Source of the DNA: an uncultured bacterium
GTDB taxonomy: Bacteria; Krumholzibacteriota; Krumholzibacteriia; Krumholzibacteriales; WJIX01
NCBI GenBank assembly: GCA_964554125.1
Contig: CAZKNG010000005.1
Span: 1 to 59,392, forward strand
DNA length: 59,392 nt
Direction: 5' to 3'
Shown here piece by piece: positions 1-10,771 of the stretch. The notes under the pieces were generated by a model that had not been told where the DNA came from, did no database searches, and saw only the letters and a list, made by a program, of their open reading frames with translations. Positions within the stretch are counted from its first letter, which is position 1, and each line of letters starts with the position of its first letter. Position numbers and translations under genes: made by a program.

Positions 1-1106
<1,106 letters not shown>

Positions 1107-1121
1107 TCACCCCTTAAAAAG

Positions 1122-1409
1122 TTATATTGTGGCTAATATATCGCTCTCTCTCAAAATCAGATATTCAACTCCATCTACGGTAATTTCAGTTCCTGAATAT
1201 TTACCGTAAAGCACTTTATCACCTTTCTTAACTTCCATCTCGAGACGTTCCCCACTTGCTTCATTAATACGTCCCTTTCCAACTTCAACAACTTTCCCCT
1301 CTTGAGGCTTTTCCTTAGCGGTATCGGGAATAATAATCCCACCCTTTTTCACTTCGGTAGGATCAACAGCTTTAACAAGAACTCTGTCAGCTAAAGGTTT
1401 AATCTTCAC
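1122..1409 (-). CDS. groES: Co-chaperonin GroES
   Basis: [13 protein letters not shown]...[24 protein letters not shown]...[16 protein letters not shown]; GTG start with AGGAGG SD. Confidence 0.99.
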   Translation of the reverse strand: MKIKPLADRVLVKAVDPTEVKKGGIIIPDTAKEKPQEGKVVEVGKGRINEASGERLEMEVKKGDKVLYGKYSGTEITVDGVEYLILRESDILATI

Positions 1410-1441
1410 AACATCCTCCTTTCTACTTTCTTTTCAGTAAA

Positions 1442-1468
1442 TTAGCACTCTCACTATCTGACTGCTAC
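1442..1468. promoter_or_regulatory. CIRCE operator (HrcA binding site) upstream of groES-groEL
   Basis: TTAGCACTC-N9-GACTGCTAC versus consensus TTAGCACTC-N9-GAGTGCTAA (2 mismatches), lying between the promoter and the groES start. Confidence 0.88.
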
Positions 1469-1480
1469 TATCAGATTGAC

Positions 1481-1509
1481 AATATATTGACATCATAAAT
1501 AGAATGCAA
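1481..1509 (-). promoter_or_regulatory. Sigma70-type promoter of groESL
   Basis: Minus strand TTGCAT (1509-1504), 17 nt, TATATT (1486-1481), immediately upstream of the CIRCE. Confidence 0.6.
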
Positions 1510-1732
1510 GCAAAAATGTTAAATATACCGAAATTTTTTATCATAGAATCGATAACACAAGTATTGATAGATGGTTGCAGGAGAATAAGGAGAGATGGAG
1601 TTGATAAATAAATAATCTGATGTGGAGTTTTCCCGATAATTGAAGCAGGAATTTCATAATACCATGAATAAGAGGAGGTTATTAATATTGATAAGTGGAG
1701 TATCTATTCGGGACGTTTTATTATGAGATAAT

Positions 1733-2470
1733 TTACATATTCATATTATAGAGCATCAAAAGCCCCTTGGAAACAAGGTCTGGCTCGATCAGAAAGGAAC
1801 CCTTCAAATGAGAGGATATAACACTTATCCCCCCGCCTGTTAATATAATACGGGCATCTGATGATAAGGTCTCGAGGGACCGTTCTATCAGCTTTTCAAC
1901 CGCTCCAAGTATCCCCCAGAACGTACCGCTAGAGATAGCTTCACGAGTATCTTTCCCCGGCATCTTTCCCGGCCCTGATAAACTCCTTATAAAGGGCAGG
2001 ACCGCTGTTTCCCTATGGAGAGAATTTAGAATTATTTCAGCACCCGGGAATATAACTCCTCCTTCATACCCTTTCCTGCTAAGCACATCGACAGTGACGG
2101 CTGTGCCGAAATCAACTATTACAGCTTCTTTAACCCCTATTTGCATCGAACCGCAGGCAGCACACAACCTGTCCGCTCCAACCTCGGCATCGGAAGATAA
2201 AAGCACGGGGAAAGGAAATTCAGTCTTAGAATCAACATATAAAACACCTTTATATTTCTCGCGGTCGATCTTATCAAGAAATGAGTATGTCCATTCTGGA
2301 ACAACACTGCTGACCGCGACACCCTCCGGTGAAGAATTCCTCAGCACTTCTGAGACATATTCAAATCCCGTGTCGAACTTGAATCTCCATCTTTTTTCAA
2401 TCTTATCATCCCTGAAAAGAGCGGCTTTCAAACCGCCGTTTCCCATATCAATGGTCAACACTCGACTCAT
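1733..2470 (-). CDS. coaX: Type III pantothenate kinase
   Basis: IDMGNG, VSSVVP, GADR, VDFGTAVTVD, GGVIFPG and LTGG motifs of PanK-III. Confidence 0.95.
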   Translation of the reverse strand: MSRVLTIDMGNGGLKAALFRDDKIEKRWRFKFDTGFEYVSEVLRNSSPEGVAVSSVVPEWTYSFLDKIDREKYKGVLYVDSKTEFPFPVLLSSDAEVGADRLCAACGSMQIGVKEAVIVDFGTAVTVDVLSRKGYEGGVIFPGAEIILNSLHRETAVLPFIRSLSGPGKMPGKDTREAISSGTFWGILGAVEKLIERSLETLSSDARIILTGGGISVISSHLKGSFLIEPDLVSKGLLMLYNMNM

Positions 2471-3282
2471 CGGCCATTCCTCGTTAAACTAAGATCCCCT
2501 GAAGTAAGGACGTTAACACCATCTCCGCAGCGTAGTAAAATATAACCCTCATCGGTTATACCCAGAAACCTTCCGGCTTTATGAAAGCCCGCGTCTTCAA
2601 CGATTACATCTGTATTAATATATAAGAGCCTTTCTTCAACAGCCTCCCTGAATACACCAAAAGAAGAGAATTTCCACCGCGAATAATTCTTTTCAAACTT
2701 TTCAAGAATTCTGCACAGAATTATCCCCCTATCTAAAATCTTTCCGCCCGTAATCCTGAGAGAAGAGGCCAGCGGCGCTATCTCACCGGCGAAATCTTCC
2801 ATTTGCTGATTTATATTCAACCCCGCTCCAACTACCACATATTCATTCTTACCTTCAGCAAGTATCCCTCCTATTTTTTTCTTCTTGTAATATATATCAT
2901 TAGGCCATTTGATCATTATTCCTGAAGAGTAATCATCTAAGACTTCAATAATTGAATACGCCATAAGTGATGTCAAACCGGTCGGTATTTTGTCCGGTTT
3001 GAGAATCACTGAAAAAACAAGACTGCCCTTTATGCTTGAAAACCATTTCCGCTGCTTTCTCCCTCTTCCTTTCATCTGCTCTACCGCGGTAACAACAGTT
3101 CCCTCCGGAAACCCAGTGGCGGCCAGTTTTTCACACTCAGTATTCGTTGAATTGACCGACTCGTATAATACTACAACACCTCCCAATATATCAGATCTGA
3201 GATTTAATTTCAGTTTCGCCGGATGAAGTTCATTCAAGATCATCGAGCAGGGCTCCCTTTGGATACTAAACAACAGTTTCAC
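2467..3282 (-). CDS. birA: Biotin-[acetyl-CoA-carboxylase] ligase, apparently without the N-terminal DNA-binding HTH; start uncertain (GTG 3282 or ATG 3243)
   Basis: STN, Q-x-x-GRGR-x-x-R-x-W-x-S, IKWPND, KIGGIL and VGAGLNI motifs. Confidence 0.93.
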   Translation of the reverse strand: MKLLFSIQREPCSMILNELHPAKLKLNLRSDILGGVVVLYESVNSTNTECEKLAATGFPEGTVVTAVEQMKGRGRKQRKWFSSIKGSLVFSVILKPDKIPTGLTSLMAYSIIEVLDDYSSGIMIKWPNDIYYKKKKIGGILAEGKNEYVVVGAGLNINQQMEDFAGEIAPLASSLRITGGKILDRGIILCRILEKFEKNYSRWKFSSFGVFREAVEERLLYINTDVIVEDAGFHKAGRFLGITDEGYILLRCGDGVNVLTSGDLSLTRNGR

Positions 3283-4132
3283 CGATAATTAGACTTAGAT
3301 CCAACGCCGGCGCTGATGATGTTATGGAACCAACGGATATATAATTAACTCCGGGTATCAGATAATCATCTATAGTATCAAGAGAAATTCCACCTGACAC
3401 TTCTATTTCAGGCCTTTCCCCGCAGCATTTCTCGACCTCTCCCACCGCTCTCTCAACCATATCAGGTGTAAAATTATCCAGCATGATCCTTGCGGGAGGA
3501 TTCTTTAAAAGAAGAGATAATTCATCGAGCGAACCCACTTCAATTTCCGCTTTTTTCAGCCGCTCTTCACCCAACAGGTCCAATATATTAGCCAGGCCGC
3601 CGGCTATTGCTATATGGTTTTCTTTAACAAGAACCATTTCGCTCAGGTTAGATCTGTGATTCTCACCTCCGCCGTCACGGACAGCTTTTTTTTCAACAAA
3701 CCTCATTCCGGGTGTCGTCTTTCTCGTATCCAGTATTCTGATACCACTCCCCCTGACTTTTTGAGAAAAGGAAGCTGTTTCAGTCGCCACGCCGGAAAGA
3801 TGTCCAAGAAAATTAAGCGCCAGCCTCTCAGCACTCAGGATCGAAGAAACGGTTCCTTCAACAACAGCAACAATATCACCTTTCTGCACGCGAACTCCAT
3901 CTTCAACTCCGGGAGAATAAATAAGCGAGTCATCCACAAAGGAGAAAACACTTTCTGAGCATTCCTGCCCTGATATTACCCCTTCCCTTTTAGCGATTAT
4001 TTCTGCCGACCCTGAAGTATCACTATCAACGAAGATCGCGGTAGTAATATCGTTATTCACATCATCTTCGTCGAAAGCAGCCCGTATCAGATCAATCAAT
4101 ATCCCCTTTTTCAATTCTTCTTCTCCCTTCAA
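3266..4132 (-). CDS. nadC: Nicotinate-nucleotide diphosphorylase (quinolinate phosphoribosyltransferase)
   Basis: LSAERLALNFL, LSGVAT, DTRKTTPG, GGGENHR, IMLDNF, EVSGGI and ISVGSIT motifs. Confidence 0.97.
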   Translation of the reverse strand: MKGEEELKKGILIDLIRAAFDEDDVNNDITTAIFVDSDTSGSAEIIAKREGVISGQECSESVFSFVDDSLIYSPGVEDGVRVQKGDIVAVVEGTVSSILSAERLALNFLGHLSGVATETASFSQKVRGSGIRILDTRKTTPGMRFVEKKAVRDGGGENHRSNLSEMVLVKENHIAIAGGLANILDLLGEERLKKAEIEVGSLDELSLLLKNPPARIMLDNFTPDMVERAVGEVEKCCGERPEIEVSGGISLDTIDDYLIPGVNYISVGSITSSAPALDLSLIIGETVV

Positions 4133-6116
4133 GATTCATTCGTATTTCCTCAATTCTGTCTCTTATGCTTGCCGCCCTTTCAAAATTCAATGCCTCCGCC
4201 TCTTTTTCCATTTCCTCTTCAAGTTTTCTCAGAATGGCTGGATCATTTCCACTATCCGGAATATAAATTCTATCCTCGGTCTTCTCCTCTTCGATTTTCC
4301 TTTTGCCGCTGTCCGCTATCGAGGTTGATATCCTTACATCATCAACTGATTTTACAACCGACCTTGGAATTATTCCATGTTTTCTGTTATATTCTATCTG
4401 CTTTTCCCTGCGCCGGGATGTTTCATCCACAGCTTTCCTGATTGAACCTGTAATACGGTCCGCGTAGAATATTACTCTTCCCCCGACATGCCTTGCCGCC
4501 CTACCAGCGGTCTGTATAAGTGATACTCTTGATCTGAGAAAGCCTTCCTTATCAGCGTCAAGTACGGCGACCAGACTGACCTCAGGCAGATCAAGCCCTT
4601 CTCTGAGAAGATTTACACCGACGAGAACATCGAACTTTCCAAAACGAAGATCCCTGAGTATGCCAACCCTGTCAAGAGCGCGTATATCACTATGAAGATA
4701 GCGTACTTTTATGTTAAACTTATTAAGATAAGATGTCAGTTCCTCTGACATATTCTTCGTCAGTGTAGTTACAAGAACCCTTTCTCCTCTCCTTATACTC
4801 TCGCGAATTTCATCAAGCAGGTCATCTACCTGTCCTCCGGCAGGCCTTATTTCAATCCTGGGATCAACAAGCCCTGTCGGTCTTAAAACCTGCTCTGTGA
4901 TTTCCCCCCCGCATTTCTCTATCTCGTAATCTCCCGGAGTAGCAGAAACAAATATAAAGCTGTCTATTATTCTCTCAAACTCTTCATACTTGAGCGGTCT
5001 GTTATCCAGGGCGGAGGGAAGTCGAAACCCGTGTTCAACCAGTGTCATCTTACGGCTGCGGTCTCCGCGGTACATAGCTCTTATCTGTGGTAATGTTACA
5101 TGTGATTCGTCAATTACTACTATAAAATCATCACCAAAATAATCAATAAGGGTAGCGGGTCTTTCTCCCTCTTTCCTTCCGGAGAAATAACGGGAGTAAT
5201 TTTCAATACCGCTGCAGTAACCAACCTCCTTCATCATTTCAATGTCGTAAAGAGTACGGCTTCTCAGCCGTTTGGCTTCAAATTCTTTACCCTCTTTCTT
5301 CATCTCCCTGCATCTGATTTTCAATTCTTCTTCTATTCCCGATATCGCAGAATCCAGCTTTTTTCTGGAAACTACAAAATGTGATGACGGGAAGATATTT
5401 AATTCTTTAACACCCCTGATAATCTCACCTGAACCGGGGTTAAATATTGAGATTTTTTCAACATCATCATCAAAAAGTTCTATTCTTATCCCCTCTTCCA
5501 TAAAAGCTGGGCGCAGTTCAATCGTATCTCCTCTTACCCTGAAAGTAGCGCGTTCAAATTCTATATCATCCCTCCGGTACCACAAATCAACCAGCTTTCT
5601 GACTATTCTGTCCCGCTCTATGCTTTCTCCCTCTCTCAAACAGAATGAAAGCTTACTGAACTGTTCGGGTGAACCAAGTCCATAAATACACGAAACACTG
5701 GCTACTACGACTACATCCTTTCTGGTCATGAGAGAACCGGTCGCCTTGAGCCTCAGTCTGTCTATACTTTCATTGATCGATACATCCTTCTCGATGTATG
5801 TGCTTGTCGCGGGAATAAAGGCTTCGGGCTGGTAATAATCATAATAACTGATAAAGTACTCTACCGCGTTTTCAGGAAAGAAATTTTTCAACTCTCCGTA
5901 TAGTTGAGCGGCCAGTGTTTTATTATGTGAAATTATCAGCACAGGTTTATCTGATCTGGCTATGACATTGGCTATAGTAAATGTTTTTCCAGAACCTGTA
6001 ACTCCAAGAAGTGTCTGAAACTTCTTTTCCATTTCCAGACCGCTAACGAGGGAATCTATTGCCTCCGGTTGATCACCTGTCGGTTTATACGCTGATCTGA
6101 GCTTGAAAATAGACAT
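4092..6116 (-). CDS. uvrB: Excinuclease ABC subunit B
   Basis: PTGDQP, GVTGSGKT, YFISYYDYYQPEA, DESH, GFRLPSALDNRPL, GLDLPEV, QTAGRAAR, C-terminal UVR domain. Confidence 0.99.
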   Translation of the reverse strand: MSIFKLRSAYKPTGDQPEAIDSLVSGLEMEKKFQTLLGVTGSGKTFTIANVIARSDKPVLIISHNKTLAAQLYGELKNFFPENAVEYFISYYDYYQPEAFIPATSTYIEKDVSINESIDRLRLKATGSLMTRKDVVVVASVSCIYGLGSPEQFSKLSFCLREGESIERDRIVRKLVDLWYRRDDIEFERATFRVRGDTIELRPAFMEEGIRIELFDDDVEKISIFNPGSGEIIRGVKELNIFPSSHFVVSRKKLDSAISGIEEELKIRCREMKKEGKEFEAKRLRSRTLYDIEMMKEVGYCSGIENYSRYFSGRKEGERPATLIDYFGDDFIVVIDESHVTLPQIRAMYRGDRSRKMTLVEHGFRLPSALDNRPLKYEEFERIIDSFIFVSATPGDYEIEKCGGEITEQVLRPTGLVDPRIEIRPAGGQVDDLLDEIRESIRRGERVLVTTLTKNMSEELTSYLNKFNIKVRYLHSDIRALDRVGILRDLRFGKFDVLVGVNLLREGLDLPEVSLVAVLDADKEGFLRSRVSLIQTAGRAARHVGGRVIFYADRITGSIRKAVDETSRRREKQIEYNRKHGIIPRSVVKSVDDVRISTSIADSGKRKIEEEKTEDRIYIPDSGNDPAILRKLEEEMEKEAEALNFERAASIRDRIEEIRMNLEGRRRIEKGDID

Positions 6117-6144
6117 TTCAGTTTGATGAAGATGGTTGAAGATA

Positions 6145-7047
6145 TCAAATATTTCCCAGGGCTATACTGTCTCTGCTTAAATATATATTCTTCAGCACTT
6201 CGCCGGTTTCCCCGAGAGGAGCTATTTTCTCTCCATTGAATTCTATTCTGAACCCCGCGGCATTACCAATCTTTCTAAATATAAATGCGTCTGTTGCGGT
6301 CAGTTCCTTTTCCCCGCCGGGCAGCAGAATGAAGTCATAATAGGCTGTATCGGGTTTTTGATTATTCTTTGAGATTGAAATAATATCAAACCAGGTAGTA
6401 TCTGTTTTATTAGCGATTATCTTAAGCTCAAGGGGGAGAATCTTCTTCTTGTCCGGTTCACCGTGTGAATTTTCTTCTGCATTTTCGGAATTGCTTATTT
6501 TAAGGCTGTCTTTGTGAAAAGACTGATTAATCTTCTTTTTTCCAACAAATTCTTCCACATCGGGGATTGCACTCTGTGGACTCACATCCGGACGGTCTTC
6601 TCCACGGAACACAAAGACAAAAATTAATATCATAACCGTTAATACTGACACTATCAGGAGAAGGGTTTTCGGGATAGCTGTGGAAGTTCTTTTCTCTTCA
6701 ATTGTCTTTTCCTTTACTTCCCAGAAATCACCTTTGCTTTTATGAGTCTGCCCCGTCTGAACCTCATATTTTTCAAGAAGATGTTCGACATCCAATCCCA
6801 GCTCGCCCGCGAAATTGCGAATGAAACCTCTGACATACACCCTTGCGGGAAGCATGTCAAAATTGTCTGTCTCAAGGTATTTCAAAGTCTCTTCAGGGAT
6901 TCTCGTCGATTCACTTATCTGAGCCCTGGTGACACCGGCCTTTTTCCGTTCTGAAAACAGGGTTTCACCAACTGTTTCTTCGCCGCTCAATGGATCCCGG
7001 CTGTCAACCTCACCATTGTCACCGGTGGTCTTCTCATTATCGCTCAA
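6145..7047 (-). CDS. rodZ: RodZ-like cytoskeletal protein (N-terminal HTH, one TM helix, C-terminal DUF4115-like domain)
   Basis: HTH segment ending LPARVYVRGFIRNFA..LGLD, one hydrophobic helix, C-terminal KIGNAAGFRIEFNG; TTG start overlaps the valS TGA. Confidence 0.8.
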   Translation of the reverse strand: MSDNEKTTGDNGEVDSRDPLSGEETVGETLFSERKKAGVTRAQISESTRIPEETLKYLETDNFDMLPARVYVRGFIRNFAGELGLDVEHLLEKYEVQTGQTHKSKGDFWEVKEKTIEEKRTSTAIPKTLLLIVSVLTVMILIFVFVFRGEDRPDVSPQSAIPDVEEFVGKKKINQSFHKDSLKISNSENAEENSHGEPDKKKILPLELKIIANKTDTTWFDIISISKNNQKPDTAYYDFILLPGGEKELTATDAFIFRKIGNAAGFRIEFNGEKIAPLGETGEVLKNIYLSRDSIALGNI

Positions 7048-9764
7048 TCTAAATCCTCCAGGATAGTTTTCATCCTTTTTTCACGATCTTTCATATCACG
7101 GATTCTTTCTCTTTCTCTTCTAACTACCTCTTCGGGGGCTTTCTTCAGGAATTGATCATTATTAAGTCTCTTTTCAATAACATTGATCTGACTCTCAAGT
7201 TTATCTATATCCTTAGTAAGTTTTTTCTTCTCCCCGGTCAAATCCACAATTTCTTCTAAAGGCATATATATTTCAAATGAAGAATGTCCTGAAGCGGCAC
7301 ATTTTTGTGGCTTGGAGGCGCCTTTCCTTATATCCACTTCGGTAATCTCCGCCTGGAGCCGAATCTGTTTTACAAAAGGAGATAATATTTCCTTTAACCT
7401 GCTTCCAGGTTTGCAATTTACTATGATTCTTACATCTTTCGAAGATGATACATCAAAGGTATGTTTCAGATTACGTATTCCGGTAATTACTTCCATCACT
7501 ATCTTAATATCGTGTTCCAGTTCCGCGTCTTTTAAATCTCCGTTTGGATCCTCGAACTTATACATGGAAAGAGGTTTTGAGTCAGGAGCAAGCATACTCC
7601 ATATCTCCTCTGTAATAAAGGGCATAATAGGATTAAGGGCGATAATACACGCGCCAAGTACGGCACGGGAAGTTAGAAGGACACCCGCTGCTTTACTCTT
7701 CTCTTCTGACAGAATAGGTTTGGAAAACTCCATATACCAGTCACAGAATTCATGCCAGAAAAAATCGTAGAGTGTTTTTATCGCTTCATCAAATCTGAAT
7801 GAATCTATATATCTTTCATAATCATCCAGCATACCGGAAAGACGGCTGGCTATCCATCTGTCTTCAAGATTGAACTGATAATCGATCTCAGGTATAAAGC
7901 CAAAAATAGATTTAAATAGAAATATAATAGCCTTTCCATCATCACTCTCCGGAACTTCACCCGGGTCACTGTTGAATTCAAACTTATACCCCAGGGTATC
8001 ACTCTGACTGAGTACAAATCTCGCAGCGTTCCATACTTTATTTGCAAAGTGCTTTCCTACTTCCACCTTCTTTTCATCAAACATAATATCCTGTCCGGGA
8101 GGTGAAAGTCTCATAAGAGCAAATCTCAGCGAGTCCGCTCCATACCGATCAATTATATCTATCGGATCGGGTGAATTCCCGAGAGATTTACTCATCTTTC
8201 TGCCACTGATATCCCTTACGATACCTGTTATGTAAACCGTCGAGAAAGGAGGTTCATTCATAAACTCCATAGAAGCCATAATCATTCTTGCAACCCAGAA
8301 GAAAATGATATCGCCACCGGTAACCAGGACATCTGTGGGATGGAAAGTTTTAAGATCATCCGTTTTTTCCGGCCATCCAAGGGTTGAAAATGTCCATAAC
8401 CAGGAGGAAAACCAGGTATCGAGAACATCGGGATCCTGAACAAGTTCGGTGCTGCCGCAGGAAGAGCATTCGGAAGGAGTGCCGACAGATACAACCGCTT
8501 TGTCACATTTAACGCAATACCATACAGGTATCCTATGCCCCCACCACAGCTGTCTGGAAATGCACCAGTCTCTGATCTCCTCCATCCAACTGAGATAAAT
8601 ATTTTTCCATCTCGAAGGCAGAAAACTGACATCTCCATTCCTGACAGTTTCAATCGCCGGTTTTGCCAATCTGTCCATTTTCATAAACCACTGCTTTGAA
8701 ATAGCGGGTTCTATAACGGTTCCGCATCTGTCGTGGTAACCGACGGAATGATTATAATCTTCGATTCTACGAAGCAATCCTTTATCATCCAGGGCTTTCA
8801 GAATCTTCTTTCTCGCGTCATACCTGTCAAGCCCCCTGAATTTTCCGGCCTCTTCTGTCATCTTGCCATCACGTCCGATTACAACAACATCATCCAGGTC
8901 ATGCCGCCGTCCTATTTCGAAATCAGTAGGATCATGTGCCGGAGTTACTTTAAGGCAGCCTGTGCCGAATTCAGGATCAACAGCCTCATCAAATATTACA
9001 GGTATCTTCCTTTCGACAAGAGGCAGAATGAGCCTCTTGCCCTCATATTGAGTTCTTTTTACGTCATCCGGATTCACAGCTACGGCTACGTCTCCAAGCA
9101 TAGTTTCAGGTCTTGTTGTACCAATAACTACCTCTTTGTCAGATCCCTCAAAGGGATATGCAATATAATATAATTTTCCATCTGTATCCTTGAATTCAAC
9201 CTCTTCGTTACTTATAGCCGTCATACATGAAGGACACCAATTGACTATATAATTATCTCTGTAAATAAATCCTTTCTCGTATAACCTCACAAAGACTTCT
9301 CTAACAGCTTCTGATACTCCCTCATCCAGAGTAAACCTTTCCCTCGTCCAGTCGAGAGACGCGCCTAACTTATTGAGCTGCTCAACAATTCTGTCGTGAC
9401 ATTTATCTTTCCACTCCCAGCATTTTTCAAGGAATTTTTCTCTTCCAAGCGATTCTTTGTCAATCCCTTCTCTCAGCAGATTATTTTCAACTACTTTCTG
9501 AGTCGCTATTCCGGCATGATCGGTTCCGGAGAGCCAGAGAACATTGTATCCTTTAAGCCTCTTCCATCTAACCAGAATATCCTGTACAGTAGTGCCCAGT
9601 ACATGTCCTATGGTTAAAGTTCCCGTCACATTAGGAGGGGGCAAAATTATAGTGTAAGGATCGGCATCTGATTTGCTGTCCGCTGTAAACGCGCCAGTTT
9701 CACTCCAGTTCTTCCTCCACCTGGGATCTATTTCGCTTGGATCAAAAACCTTTTCAAGCATCAT
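7044..9764 (-). CDS. valS: Valine--tRNA ligase
   Basis: PPPNVTG, GTDHAGIATQ, TTRPET, DPEFGTG, WCISRQLWWGHRIP, KMSKS, C-terminal coiled coil. Confidence 0.99.
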   Translation of the reverse strand: MMLEKVFDPSEIDPRWRKNWSETGAFTADSKSDADPYTIILPPPNVTGTLTIGHVLGTTVQDILVRWKRLKGYNVLWLSGTDHAGIATQKVVENNLLREGIDKESLGREKFLEKCWEWKDKCHDRIVEQLNKLGASLDWTRERFTLDEGVSEAVREVFVRLYEKGFIYRDNYIVNWCPSCMTAISNEEVEFKDTDGKLYYIAYPFEGSDKEVVIGTTRPETMLGDVAVAVNPDDVKRTQYEGKRLILPLVERKIPVIFDEAVDPEFGTGCLKVTPAHDPTDFEIGRRHDLDDVVVIGRDGKMTEEAGKFRGLDRYDARKKILKALDDKGLLRRIEDYNHSVGYHDRCGTVIEPAISKQWFMKMDRLAKPAIETVRNGDVSFLPSRWKNIYLSWMEEIRDWCISRQLWWGHRIPVWYCVKCDKAVVSVGTPSECSSCGSTELVQDPDVLDTWFSSWLWTFSTLGWPEKTDDLKTFHPTDVLVTGGDIIFFWVARMIMASMEFMNEPPFSTVYITGIVRDISGRKMSKSLGNSPDPIDIIDRYGADSLRFALMRLSPPGQDIMFDEKKVEVGKHFANKVWNAARFVLSQSDTLGYKFEFNSDPGEVPESDDGKAIIFLFKSIFGFIPEIDYQFNLEDRWIASRLSGMLDDYERYIDSFRFDEAIKTLYDFFWHEFCDWYMEFSKPILSEEKSKAAGVLLTSRAVLGACIIALNPIMPFITEEIWSMLAPDSKPLSMYKFEDPNGDLKDAELEHDIKIVMEVITGIRNLKHTFDVSSSKDVRIIVNCKPGSRLKEILSPFVKQIRLQAEITEVDIRKGASKPQKCAASGHSSFEIYMPLEEIVDLTGEKKKLTKDIDKLESQINVIEKRLNNDQFLKKAPEEVVRRERERIRDMKDREKRMKTILEDLD

Positions 9765-9847
9765 TCCACCTTTGAAATTATGAATTACTCTCGCGAATTC
9801 TTAAATTAACACAGGGAAAAGCCCTGGTCAATAACCACTTGCATATT

Positions 9848-10672
9848 TTAAAAATAATAAAACCAGCCGGCGGCTATTATCCCGGCGGGAATCAGATAGT
9901 AAGAGAAACGATGAAAGGATCCTCCTTTAAGTATGTGCAGAAGGAGTTTCAACGCTACTAAACCGGAAAGAAATGCCGTCACACTTCCTACAATGAGGAT
10001 AACACCGGAGGCCTCATTCAAACCATGTTCCAAATGCTGAAACTCAAACAGAAAAGCACCAATAATAGCCGGCACAGATAACAAGAATGAAAATTCAGCT
10101 GCCCTGTTGAAACCTACACCTAAAAGAAGCGCTGTTGTAATAGTCCAACCGCTCCTGGAACAACCGGGTATAATTCCTATCACCTGAGCCATCCCTATTA
10201 ATAACACAACTCCCAGAGTAAATTCCCCGCTACCCTCTTTCCCCCTCGCGAATAACAGGAAAACCCCAGTGACTATCATCGAAACTGCCACAAGTAACGG
10301 TAAATTGAAAGCCTTCGATACAGCATCGTGTAATACTACACCGAATACTCCGGTTGGAATACTTCCCAGAATAATCCATCCCACATAGGAAATATCATCG
10401 CTGATATCTTCTTTTCTTCTAAACCCTCCTCGCGCCCATGATATAATCGCCTTAAATAAGTTGAGCAGTCTTCTCCTGTACACAACTATAACGGCGCCGA
10501 GCGTACCCACATGAACGGCAGCTTCGAAAATAATCCCGTTCTGGAAGATCGTTTCGCTTTCGCTCCCGATTATTGTTTTAAACAATGCTATGTGGCCCGA
10601 AGAGCTTATGGGAAAAAATTCTGTCAACCCCTGTATTACCGCTAGAATTATAACAATGAGAAATTGGAACAC
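9848..10672 (-). CDS. uppP: Undecaprenyl-diphosphate phosphatase
   Basis: IQGLTEFFPISSSGH, HVGTL, PGCSRSG, AAEFSFLLSVPAI motifs. Confidence 0.97.
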   Translation of the reverse strand: MFQFLIVIILAVIQGLTEFFPISSSGHIALFKTIIGSESETIFQNGIIFEAAVHVGTLGAVIVVYRRRLLNLFKAIISWARGGFRRKEDISDDISYVGWIILGSIPTGVFGVVLHDAVSKAFNLPLLVAVSMIVTGVFLLFARGKEGSGEFTLGVVLLIGMAQVIGIIPGCSRSGWTITTALLLGVGFNRAAEFSFLLSVPAIIGAFLFEFQHLEHGLNEASGVILIVGSVTAFLSGLVALKLLLHILKGGSFHRFSYYLIPAGIIAAGWFYYF

Positions 10673-10771
10673 AAAACCCTGCTTCCCGGTAAATTAGCAA
10701 TTAGAAAAACAAATCCCGTATTGAACAATCACAGGAAATAACGCTTACTGATGTAATTATTAAACATAATA

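Noticed and set aside
9803-9831. TTGACC-17-TAATTT promoter, or CAGGG/CCCTG hairpin, between uppP and valS
   Set aside because: The -10 is weak and the stem is only 5 bp, so a promoter cannot be distinguished from a terminator; not reported as a feature.
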